Positions 39,904 through 52,300 of a DNA stretch of 64,000 bases are shown piece after piece. Source of the stretch: Gordius albopunctatus (lineage: Eukaryota); NCBI GenBank assembly GCA_964276515.1, contig OZ193909.1, positions 7,378,001 to 7,442,000 of the forward strand, in the 5' to 3' direction. The stretch's first letter is position 1. Every line of letters starts with the position of its first letter. The position numbers and the translations under genes are program-made. A model generated the notes under the pieces. The model had not been told where the DNA came from. It saw only the letters and a list, made by a program, of their open reading frames with translations, and searched no databases.

Positions 39904-40403
39904 TGTCACCTCGTCGTTAACGATGAACAGATAGCAGGATTTTTAGCCCTAACTTGTGGTATACTTATGTTGCGAATAAGGGGATTGTTAATCTTTGGGT
40001 AGAGTCTAATAAGAAAATTCTTTTCTCTTTCAGGATAAAGTAGCCATGAAATGAGTAAAGACATGTTCAAACAAAAACCTATTATCAACCAAATATTTGT
40101 GATGGCACATTTATTTGTTAGACTTCACCGAGTTGATCAAAAATATTAGCACTCTTTCCATTCCTTTGCCAAATCTTATAATAAAGGTAAAGAATTAATT
40201 TTGTTGTCAATTAACATTGGGCTATCGATAAAGCTTAAGCGATTCCTTTGAAAACTTGTTACCATTTTGAATACTGTATATTTCGTTATCATAAACACCT
40301 GGATATTTTCATTATAAAACGATATTTATTTAATATAAGTGACTTTGTGAGTTAGTCATTAGTCTTGTGTTTTACCCCTGCGAATACGTTACATTCTGGC
40401 GGC
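39904..40403 (+). mobile_element. Possible LTR plus PBS remnant
   Basis: TGTCAC...GTTACA followed by TTCTGGCGGC, with a TATA-like box upstream; no partner LTR. Confidence 0.3.
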
Positions 40404-41325
40404 TGTGGTCAAACCACTGAGTTGTCCGACTTATTGTTATAACTCAGGATGACCTAGAGCCCAATATCGATTCAAATTTATTTATTTTATTAGAGAGATT
40501 TTATTAGACAAGTGGTGGGGAAAACCTTAGGTTGGACTGACCTTAGGCTATTCTAAGGTCAGACTTGAGTTAAGGCTTTTTTAAAACCTCGGGTTTTTAA
40601 AATATCTGAACCTAAACCTTTTTAGGTTAGGCTTAGATTTCTCAACACCTAAGGTATGTATCAATTTTACCAAATAAAAGCATTTTAACATTAAAAAAAT
40701 TTTCGAGCTTCATATATTTTTTATACACTTCGAAACTGCAACAATAGTTGTTCGGCTTGTTCAGGCTCAAAGCGTATACCCAAATTTAATGGGCTTATCA
40801 TGTATATATCCAACTTATTTCAAGTTTCTCTACATATATGGCAAACTCCGGGTCCAATGAAGCTTAAAAAGATTTGCATGGCCTTAGAGATGATTCCATA
40901 GAAGGGAGAGGGCAAAATGTTTGATAGAGGAGTGGCAAAATAATAATATTTTGAAATTTTAACGTTATTTTGTTTTATATTTGCATTTTTTTAAAATTAG
41001 AGGTTAACTGCCCCCCACACTCTACCTCTCCTTGATACTCCCAGGCAAGGGGGTAAAATAACCGAAACCATTTCCTGAATATTTTGCTAAATATTTATTT
41101 ATTTGATTTTCAAAAAACGCCTATTTCTGCAGTGTTTTAAATGATCATCTGCCCACTGTATTACCCTTATATTCAAATTCCTTATTTTAATATTATGTGG
41201 TCACCTATTAATATCCTATATTTTACTAATTTGAATATTTGATATCGCTCTATTCACGCGCTCTATTCACGCTTCTCATTTGAATATGTTAAGGGCTGAT
41301 ATTTATTCACGTAAACTATTAGGAA

Positions 41326-43591
41326 TGTGATACAAAAACACGACGAAAAAGTGTCCTGGCGTATATATCCAACGCCTTTATAAGTTACAACCAATTAACA
41401 ATAATTTGATCGCCAACGCGCGTGTAAATAACATCAACACGCAGGCAACTATCGTATCCCTGTAGGCACTTTACCTCTCTACAGTTCCCCCCTTTTTACA
41501 GACAAAATCCTTAAGGAATGCTGGCGGTTTCCGGCTACGTTGTGGGTATCTCGGTTCTTCCCTAGGCGTTCCTGTCTGGTTTTGGCTTTGTTCCCTTGTC
41601 GCACTTGTTACCCTGTTTTGTATTTGTACCCTTGGCGCATTTGTTCCCTCTTCCCTTTCTGATGATATTCTTTGTGACCACCCGTTCTCTTGCCCCAGCG
41701 TGGTCCAATCCAGGATTCTCCGTTTCCTTACTTGATCCAGATGTCGGTGGTGCTTTCTTCCCTGTGCCCATACATCGTAGGAACGACTCCCGTGTTTGGC
41801 CTTTATCGTGCCTTCCACCCATTTGCTTGGACCCAGGAACATGCGTACCCACACCAAGTCTCCTACGTTAAACATTCGTGGGTTCCCGGTCTCTACCCAT
41901 TGTTGTGGTACGGTTTCCCTTAATACCTCCCATTCGGTTCGTATACGCATTTTTAACATCATCTCTGCCGGGCTTTTATTGGTCGCGGGGTGTTTTGTCG
42001 ATCTATAGTTTTCCAGAAATCTATTTATCCCTACTTCCGACTCGTTCCTCATGATGGCTTCTTTCATTAATCGTACGTATCTTTCTGCCAAACCGTTCGA
42101 CGCAGGATGGTAAGGAGCTGTCCATCGCTGATTAATCCCTCTCATCTTGCAAAAGTTTTGTAAATCCTGTCCTTTGAATTGTGGGCCATTATCCGATATT
42201 AGCCATGGTGGATTTCCAAATCTGGTAAACGTCTCGGCAAGTTTTTTTATAATGGTTGTCGATGTGGTGTCTTCTAACTTAAACACCTCTACCCATTTCG
42301 AACTATTGTCCACCATCACGAGGTATGATTTACCCTTGAGAGGCCCCATGATATCGATATGTACTTGGACCCATGGTTTTTGGCTAGGTTGACACTCTAT
42401 CAACGGTGCCTTCTTCGCCGCCGTGGCCGTGTAATTGCAATTCCGGCATCCTTTCGCTACGCTCAATAAGTCCTCGTCGAGAGTAGGCCACCATATATAC
42501 TGCCGCGCCACTTCTTGCATTCGCTTGATACCCACGTGGCCCCTATGTAGTCTTTGTAGTACCGCTCCTCGTAACTTAGCCGGAATTAATATTCGTCGCC
42601 TTTGTAAAATATTATGTTTTTGGCTTCATGTAACTTTGGCAGGTGTTTTTCGTAGGAGCGTTTTAGCCCACCCGTGACCATTGTGTTTTGTTTACCTTTA
42701 ATCCACTCTTTTACTTGACGTAGCCCCGGATCATCCAAGGTGCGTTGTCTTACTACCTCCAATGAAATAAACGGATTCGTCGAGTCTTCTAGAATTTCCT
42801 CGGTAACCTGATACGCGTGTTCGTTCGGTTTCCTGGACAAGAAATCTGCCGCGTTTTCGGCTTCCTTGTTGTACTCGAACTTGGTCGTGTAGCCTGATAC
42901 CATGAGCGCCCACCTAGTTAGCCGAGGTGACCATTGTTCCTTGCCCTTTTTTCTCTGATCAAATATATATACTAGCGGTCTATGATCCGTCATAATAGTA
43001 ACGCTTCGTCCCTGTATAAATTCATTGAACTTTTTTAGTCCATACACCACCGCCAGAGCCTCTCGTTCGATCGTCGCATACCGGCTTTCGCTATCGTTTA
43101 ACGCTCTTGACGCATAGGCCACCACCCTCCAATTCTCTCCTGGTGCTCGTTGCTGTAAGATGGCCCCTAACCCTGTACTAGAGGCGTCCACGACCAGCCC
43201 CGTCTCCCAATCTCCATTAAAGTACGCCAGTACGGGGGCTTTCGTAAGGGCGGATTTGATAGCTTCAAACGCGCCTTGTTGTTCTCCACCCCAGTGGTAC
43301 ACCACATTTTTTTCATTAGTTTCTGAATCGGGTGTATGATTTTGGCGTAGTCCTTAATGAACTTTGAAAAGTATGCTGTTAACCCAAGGAAAGATTTTAT
43401 TTCTTTTTTGTTTGTTAAATTTTTCCACTGCTTGACTATCTCGGCTTTATTGTCGTTGATTTGAATCCCCTTGTTACTTATTACGTATCCCAAAAAGGTT
43501 ACTTCCTTCGCCCACAAGTTGCTCTTCGCGTGTAAATAACATCAACACGCAGGTAACTATCGTATCCCTGGAGGCACTTTACCTCTCTACA
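41326..43591 (-). mobile_element. Internally deleted Ty3/Gypsy LTR retrotransposon (Mag/K02A2.6-like)
   Basis: RT tail (FLGY), RNase H (VDASSTGLGAIL, YASRAL, EREALA, TDHRPL) and integrase (HIDIMGP, SDNGPQF, YHPASNGLAER). PPT AAAAAGGGGGGAAC precedes a TG..CA 3' LTR at ~41326-41483. A 65-bp 5' LTR remnant at 43527-43591 has 2 mismatches to it. Confidence 0.9.
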
Positions 43592-43654
43592 GAATACATA
43601 ATATTTAAATTTTAAATATTTGAATACCTTATAATTTATTCATATTATTAATTA

Positions 43655-44467
43655 CACAGCTCTACAAATATTGACTTTGTGATTACATCCTGCAATTAGA
43701 CAAATAATTCTGACAGAGAATTTTGCGCTGAAAAATAATTTGTTTTTAGTTTTTTCCATAATTACCAGTTTTTTGGATATACGAGGTTGTAAAAATTCTC
43801 TTTTTAAGCCTTCTTGCGGCTATATTGACACGGTATTTTGAATATTTAGTGAAAAATAGTAATATATTTATGTAGATTTAAGTTTCATCTATAGGTCCAT
43901 TAATTTATTTTTTTTTGTTACACCTTTATATTAAAATTTATTCGCGTTTTTGTGAACCCATTCCCCTTATCACGCGCTGTTTACTAACACATCTCTCTCT
44001 CCCTTTCTCCATCTCTTCCACTCCCGGGACCACATCTATCCAAGTACACATGAAGGGGACGGGAGTAGAGGAGAAAGAGAGGAGGGTAGGATAAGGGAGA
44101 GAGAGATGTGTTAGTAAACAGTGAGTGTGTAGTATGAACTCTAATGTACTCTGCTTTCCAGACATAGTGGGGCGAATTTTTATAAGGAGAAAAGGTTTAC
44201 GCAAACGCGTATAAATTTAGGTATAAGACTGATATAAAAAAAAATGGACCTATTAATCTACATGAATATATTACTATTTTTCACTAAATATTAAATTACC
44301 GTGGGTATATAGCCTCAAAAAGGCTAAAAAAGAGCATCTTTGGCACGTTCAACCTCGTATATCTAAAAAACTGGTAATTGTGGAAATAAACCCAAAACAG
44401 ATTATTTTCCAGCGCAAATTCTAGAATTATGGGTCCGATTGCGAGATGTTTTTTCTGTAGAGCTGTG
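43655..44467. mobile_element. Foldback MITE, nearly palindromic throughout
   Basis: CACAGCTCTACA / TGTAGAGCTGTG termini; ~43717-43950 mirrors ~44205-44422; inner CTGTTTACTAACACATCTCTCTCTCCC mirrors GGGAGAGAGAGATGTGTTAGTAAACAG. Confidence 0.82.
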
Positions 44468-44469
44468 AT

Positions 44470-46295
44470 ATTTTATGTGTATATAAAGACAAACTATTAG
44501 ATATAATTCATTCCATTTTTTGACTAAATAAAATCTTTTTTTTCCTTTACTTAACCTCTTTCTTAATATTATATTAATATTTATAGGGACGAAGGCAGCT
44601 ACATAATGGTGACCTCAAGTCAGAAAATGGAAACTCAAATTGACGAAGATTCGCATGGGGAAAACGCGTTATACTATAAACTCCTCATCTTTAACATATT
44701 AAACCCAAGAATTTGGTTCATTCAAATCGAATCTCTTTTTAAAATACGTAAAATTAAAAATGAAGTATCTAAATTTGGTTATCTCACCGAAGCCTTTTCC
44801 CAAGACCCAAGAAGTGACGTCAGAAATTCAAGATCTATTAGAGAACATAACTACCGAAGCTCCGTTTTCAAAACTGAAGGACGATCTACTTACAAACGTA
44901 GAACTAGGAGACCGAACCCCATCAAAACTACTGCGTTATATGAGAACTTTGTTAGGAAACCATTCAATGGACGACATCACACTCAAACTTGGATGGACGA
45001 ATTACCAGCTTCAATGAGCAGAATACTAGCGATCTTCGCCGCAGATCAAAATATCGGCCACCTACCACGTAAGCCCTATAATTAATTCTGTAAATCCAAA
45101 CCTAAATAAAGAGATTGATGATCTAAAAGAGCTGGTAAAAAGCCTGTAGATACATTTAAAAAAACATACAAACAGTACGATAACGATCATTCTCCACACA
45201 TTGGTCCTATTCTTGAACCACACGTTTATCAAATAAAAACGATCCGAAATTTTATTGGAATCACAACAAATTTCAAGAAATAGCTACCAAATATGTTGAG
45301 CCTTGCACGTTCCTACGCCGAGAATCAAACTAACAGGCCGGCCAGAACGGCCTCCAAACAACTAGTCGCTTGTTCTATATTTATGACGAATCATACAATT
45401 TTAATTTCTAAATTGATACAGGCGCGGAAATTAGTGTGATACCTGCAATAAAGCAAGAACGACTAAAATTATCCAATATACAACTTCAGCGAATTCCAAT
45501 GCCATAAAAACCTATGGGCAAAAATTTCTAACTTTAGATTTAGGCCGCAAAAGACCATACCAATAGATTTTTACTATAACTGATGTAAAACTTCCAATAT
45601 TAAATGCAGATTTTTTAAGTTACTTTAACTTAATAGTGAATATTAAAAGGAAACAACTAATAGAAACACAAGATCCATCAAACTGCACTTAAAGAAGTAA
45701 ATTCACAATTAGCTTTAGTAAATCCTTCTGAATTTAATTGGTTATTAAAAAAATTCCCCGCCGTTTTCAAACCCACAAACTATACACCAACAACAAAACA
45801 CCAAAAGGGCCGCCAATATTTTCCAAACCTAGACGTTTGAATGCCAAAAAACTGAAGATTGCCAAAGATGAATTCATGCACATGATGGATATAGGCCATC
45901 AGAATGTCAAATACCATATGGGCTTTACCACTTCACATGGCACCCAAAAAATAAAGAGTGGAGACTATGCGGAGATTATCGGGCTCTCAATATCAAAACC
46001 GTTTCCGATTGCTACCCTTTACCTCATATACACAATTTTTCACTTTCCTTGGCAGGTAAAAATATATTCACTAAATTCGATTTAGTTCGCGCTTATCACC
46101 AAATTCCGATGGCACCAGTAGATATCTAAAGAACCGCAATCACAACCGAATTCGGTTTATTTTAATTCTTACTCATGCCTTTTGGTCTAAGAAATGCGGC
46201 ACAAACGTTTCAAAAATTTATTGACAATATTCTTAAAGGATTGGACCATACATTTGCCTATATTTAGATGACATATTAATCGCCAGTTCTTCACT
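44470..46295 (+). mobile_element. Degenerate Ty3/Gypsy element (LTR end, PBS, gag, protease, partial RT)
   Basis: ...CTACA followed by TGGTGACC PBS-like site at ~44607; gag-like WFIQIESLF; protease FLIDTGAEISVIP (~45405-45445); RT pieces [34 protein letters not shown]; many stops and frameshifts. Confidence 0.82.
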
Positions 46296-46299
46296 TGCA

Positions 46300-47481
46300 G
46301 TACACAAAGTGCACGTCGAACAAGAGTCCAGATTACAAACAGACTCGAAGGTACTTGGTGATCTTGCCCCCCTCTCAGTCAATGACCAGAATGACAAATT
46401 AGCAAAGTTTTTCACCCCATCCCAGAGTAACCAACTCCATGTCAACATTAAGTCCTGGTTCTCCATTGAAACCATTAATTTAATCGAGTCCCAGTATAAC
46501 GTCTTTAAGGATAAGACACTCAGAAACAAAAAAGCATGGGTCCAACAACTCACAAAAAAGATCAAAGCTACAATAAAAAAGGACAAGGCTAATTACTTAT
46601 AAAGCAAACTAAAAGAAGCAGAATCTGCTGCTCGCATAAACAGTACACACACCCTTTACAAATTCTCAGGAACATCACCGCAAAATTTGCAGATAAATAT
46701 AAGTACAACACAATACAAAACGAACATAGCTCCAACGATTCTTTGATCCAAATGGAGGCTTGGGAGAACCACTTTCGTCCCATTCTAGATCGCCCTTATT
46801 CAATCCCCTGTTCCGACATATTCCTTGAATTCATTAATAACTTTAAAATATCGACCACCCCTTGTATCAGAGTAGAACCACCCTCCATGAATGAAATAAA
46901 ATACGTTTTAAAATCCCTGAAACTTCACAAAGCTCGATGCGGACAAAATCATAGCTGAAGCGCTTAAGGCTGATTACACCCTATCTAGCGAACTCTTGCA
47001 TCAAATTTTCACAAAAATCTGGCAACAAGAGATCATCCCCCACGCTTGGTCTACCGGTCTTCTTAGTAAAATCTATAAAAAAGGAGACCCATCCCTTCCC
47101 GACAATTATAGAGGAATCACAATTATAAATAACATTTCCAAGGTATTTATAAAATAATATACATGGGGATATATACATTCATTGACGCCAATTTAAAAAA
47201 TAACTAAGCCCGCTTTCGTAAATCTAAAACCACAATTGAGCAAGTCCTAATCCTCAAAAATTTTATTGACATCTTCTCCAAATCTAAATCACCTTTAGTC
47301 CTAACATTTGTCGACATTCATAAAACTTTTGACTCCCTATCCCATCTTTACATATGGGAATCTTTATGCCTACTAGGAATCAGAGACCAAATTTGCCCAG
47401 CCCGCTGCCTGAACCTGCCGGCCCGGCAATGGTGTCAGATGGGACTCAATCTTAGCTTGCCAATTAAGTAAGTAAGTAAGT
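46300..47481 (+). mobile_element. Degenerate RTE-like LINE fragment with 3' (TAAG)n tail
   Basis: IYKKGD..DNYRGITI and FVDIHKTFDSLSH motifs in broken frames, then a jump to a 3'UTR-like stretch ending TAAGTAAGTAAGTAAG at ~47465-47480. Confidence 0.75.
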
Positions 47482-49115
47482 TTGCCGCGAAGACGCCCAA
47501 GAGCTTAGTTAGTGCAATCTAAGGTTGAGCCGCTTCTAACGCCAAATGGCGCATCAGGCCACGTTAGTGATAACGTGTGTAAATATGCTGTAAAAAAATG
47601 GTTACCATGCAGTGTAATTATGACATGTAAATATAATATACCTATTGACATGAAAGTAATGTAAAGCCTTTAATGATAAGGTCGTAAATGAATAGTGCGT
47701 GAGGAGATCCTTACTGGGGGAGCCGCAATAATTTATTCTTTGAGAAGTCTTTCCAATGGGCAGCAATGAATTCCAATCATGACCCATTGTTTGGACATCG
47801 CGGAACACCTTGTAAAGCCAGTTGGGTGGACACCAGAAAAGGGAAGATAGAAAGTAGTTGGTTCCCTTCCTTCGCACTTGATGTGCCAAAAAAACCCATT
47901 TTCTCGCGAGTAGAATATTTTTAATTGGAGCGATTTTGCAACGCACCCATAGATCCTCGTTGGTTATTCTCATCGGATAAAATATCCGGCAAACGATACG
48001 TAGCATTTTATTAAGACTGACTTGCAGCTTCTTTAAGCTAGGAGCCTTCAGCGACCGAGATTCGCAACCGTATAGGAGGATTGGTAGGATCGTGACTTTG
48101 AAAATCCTCAAACGCGTCTGGAGCGCCAGTTGACGTGAGCGCCATAACACCGAGCATGATTAGGATTTGACCATGGTCCGACGGAGCTTCGATTCGGCAT
48201 CCGCTTTGGCGTAGGTATCTGGAGTAAGGTCCACTCCCAAATAACGGACTTTTTGAGATGCATTTATTACGTTGTTGTTGATTACCAGAGTAGAGTTCGA
48301 AGGATCGTTTATGCAGATCATTGAGCATTTGTCGGGGTTTACAAACAGTCCTGCTTGCTTGGCTTGGATGTTGAACCTGTCTAACATTAGTTGTGCTTTG
48401 GAAATAGAAGAGGCCACTAGACATATGTCGTCTGCGAACAGCAGGGATGATAGAGTGGTGTCGTTTAGTTTGATACCATCGGTCGGAAGTGTGGATCTCT
48501 TCATTATTAGATCCATCGCAATTATAAAGAGGAGAGGAGACAGCGGGCAACCTTGCCTGACACCAGATGTTACTGGTAAGGGTTCCGATTTGTGGTGGAG
48601 GTGGGAGATAACTAGTTTCATGTTTTCGTAGAGTAGAAAGCTCATGAGAGTTATTTTCTTAGGCAAGCCTAATAGGTAGAGTTGTTAAATGGCTAACTTT
48701 CTTCAAACTCCAGACGCGACCACGCACACTGAGTTGCTTAATATGCGCGTTAGCACAATATGTGCTCTCTGTTTGGTGCACTAGGCAGAGCAGTAGCATG
48801 TAAAAATGCTCGAGGACCGAGCAGAAACTCGAGCAGATGGTAGCTGGAGTTTAAGAAAATTAGCAATTTAACAACACTACTAATAGGCATAGCGCTTTCT
48901 AAATGTATAGATGGCACAGCGAGTCAAAAGCTTTAGCGAAGTCTAAAAACACAAGAACCAGGGGGGAACCGCTTGTCCGTGAGATATCCATTATGTTCCT
49001 TAAAGTTATTATGTTCTCTGTCGTCGTACGGCACTTCCTAAACCCTGTTTGATTGTTTTTAATTATTTCATCCACCTCGCTGTAAATTCGATTTAAGCTA
49101 AGCTCTTGTTTGGGC
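47482..49115 (-). mobile_element. Degenerate RTE-like LINE fragment, tail-to-tail with the previous one and interrupted by a MITE
   Basis: QTGFRKCRTTTENI, FLDFAKAFDS, GVRQGCPLSPLLF, LFADD, YLGV, ILLYGCES. Confidence 0.85.
48677..48879. mobile_element. ~200-bp hAT-type MITE
   Basis: TIRs TAGAGTTGTTAAAT / ATTTAACAACACTA; perfect 8-bp TSD CTAATAGG; splits the LINE RT. Confidence 0.9.
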
Positions 49116-49309
49116 TTATTCATACATACATTCATACATACATACCCGCGGTTTTTGAACTAATTATTTAGCAATAAGATCTTCCCTTTCATTATTTTAC
49201 TTATAAAATCCATAGACTAGATAAAATCACATTTTGCACTTGCTTCATACTGAACCAAAATTTTATGCTTTCATTTTTCTTATAAAGATAAAAAACAAAA
49301 TTTTTAAAG

Positions 49310-52300
49310 ATGGCACAAAGTATATTTTAAAATAATTTCTAAATGTTTTTATAGAAGATTCTATTTTTGTCCAAGAAAGTCAAGATTATCAAACCTCCAA
49401 CAATGAAAAACAGTAATATCATTTTTTGTAATTTTAATATTTTTAGTATATATGAAGCCCTTACTTATAAAAACAGTAAGAAATTTTGAGTATGCTTAAG
49501 TTGTTTAAGTAGATCAAAATTATCATACAAATTCAAATGATGTCTCAATATTTGTTGCTGAAACAGAAAATTTTGACACTCAATTAGACAAGTTTAATGC
49601 TGATGATACTGTAAATTATTCGCCTCCACGCAAAAAAATTATTGTTGATTCTCAAAATGTTAACTCTTTATCCCCTCCTCTATTTGGTAATTTATATTCA
49701 TTTGCTGTCATTCTTTATAGATGATTCTACCCAAGAATATAAACATGAATACAACTCATCTCCTGATATTAAATTTACAAATAATTTGTGTCCTAAAAGT
49801 GCAGTAAATATCTAATTTGTTGATTAATATGGAATATGATCTATTAGAACACCAACAAAAATACAAAATCATCTGATTTTAATAACTTTCATGCACATGA
49901 AAAGGCAGTGTATTCAAGTAGTGAACCTAATAACATCTCTCGTCATCTAAAGCTTCAAATTATAGGTATAAAAATCTTCAATTTATTTAGATTTAATTTA
50001 TAGGAGCACAAATTAATGATTATGATTTATTGAACACAATTGATAACACACAATATGTGGATTATGAAACAAGGTTAAAAATGGATTCTTGCAAAAATAG
50101 TCAACTAATTCTTACTAATCCTCAAAATAGATTATCTAATATAATCAGTCATGGTAATTCTTACGCCATACTAATAACATACTTATCAAAGTTTTTATTA
50201 AAAAGTGATATTAATATTTACTTTTTTGGTGAAAAGGGGTGGGAGTGAATGGTAGACAGAAAAGAAGGGTGTAGTTTTAATTTTTAAAGTAAAAAGTTTA
50301 TTTAATTGTTAACAATTGCAATTTATTTTATGTAACAAACTAATATGATTAGTGTATATATAACACTTAAAACCATTTTTAGCACCTAAAATAAACTTAC
50401 ACATTATTGTTTCAGACATTAAAGAGTAATAATAGCAAGTAATTGTTTCTAAAAGTTAAAATTTTCATTCATAATAACACATAATATATTGCATTTTTAT
50501 GTATACTAATTTTAAATATCTCAAATTGGTTTGCAGAATTTGTGCCCTTTGTTGCTTATAATTAACACATAAAAGAATGTGAGCTTTTCTCAATAAAATA
50601 ATTGCACTAGGATATCGGTTTAATTTTTCACATTCCTAAATAATTCTTGACAATGAGCATCATCATGCTATCTTATTTGGTTCAGATAGATTTTTTTTAA
50701 TTTCCTTTCTTTTTCTCCTACAATTTGTGCCTAAGTACCTTGCTAAAATACATTCAATTAATGGCTAAAAAGAATGTTCCAATTTTTCAAATTGTACAAA
50801 AATTTTATGGCACTGGCAAAATAATGACACTTTTGATTTTAGAGAATTTGAATTTCGGCTTAATAAAAATATTAAACCTAAATAATAAAAATATTTATAA
50901 CTGAACAATAAAAAAAAATAAACATTTTTAGCTGCAATAAAAATTCACCTGTCCATACCTAGATCTTATGAAACATTTAAATACAAAAGTTAAAGCATTA
51001 ATATTCTAAGGGAAAAATGCGTTTTTTTAAATCCGCTATTTATTCAACATTATTAACACCTTTGTTTTAACATCTCAGATTCTGTAAACATTGTAATTAT
51101 TAATTGTATAGAAATTGCAAAAAGGTTGCCAATAAACGTAACATACCCACTTAGATGTTTTTTGATTATACTTTATGACCTCTTTAATTTTTTGTATACG
51201 GACATTCCATGTCAAATCGATCATAAAAAGGCGCTTTTCGGCCGACCCCCTCAGAATTTTATAAAATTTGGTGGAAATGTTAAAACTAGTAAAATTATTA
51301 TTTTGAGCTCATTTGGGTTACTACTTTTGGAGTTGTGGGCGCTCAAAAGTCGAAAATCGGGCTTTTAAAAAATCGGTCCGTGAGGCTATAATTAATAAAA
51401 TTTATAGGTTATTGGTCCCCAAATCTTAGAATCTTGTTGTAGAGATAGGTAAGACCTATCTATGGAAAAAAATCACAAAATTTTTTATTTATTGATTGAT
51501 CAACTTATAAGAGCCGATATGGCCTAAATAGCATAATTAATGTTGAACCCTCTCAAACCGTTTCAAATTTAAGACAAATATTTTATACTATCTATTAATC
51601 AAATTAAATAAAAGAAAAAGTTGGACGGCCATTTTGAAAGGGTCATAAATTGTTAAAAGGATCATTTTATGATTTTACGCCAAAATGAATCTCTAAAAAT
51701 GTTTTTTTGCTCATTTAGTATCCATATTATTTTAATATATCTATGATGCAAATACCCCCCCCCCCCCCCATATTCCCCCTATCAATTACAATCAAAATAG
51801 CGAGTGATTAATCTTCCCCGAAAGCTATAAATTTAATTTTTTTAATAGAAACAGCTGAAAAATGGCCTAAAATAATTTTAGTTTGCTATGCAATTTATTT
51901 AAATAATATTTTTATAGCTATTTTACGAGCCTGTTTTTAACATAAATATTTATTATTAGATGTCGAATAAAAATCAATAAATATATACTTGTACCTTCAA
52001 CTATATTGAAGTAATTTAGAACTATTACAAATTCTCTTTCATTATTTTTTTTAGAATTTTTCTTCTAGAACCTCTAAGTAAAAAATGACATTTAATAATG
52101 TGGCTACTATTTAAATTTTATTAAATCTTGACTATTTGTCATGGAGGTTTTATTAATAAGTATTTAATGATATGAGGCCCTTTAAATATTTATACTGAGG
52201 CCAGAGTTGTTAAAGTTTTCAATAGGGTAGCAACTTTAAATTCTTCTTTGCTACTTATAAATGATGACGATAAAAGTTAAAAATTAACTGAAATAATATG

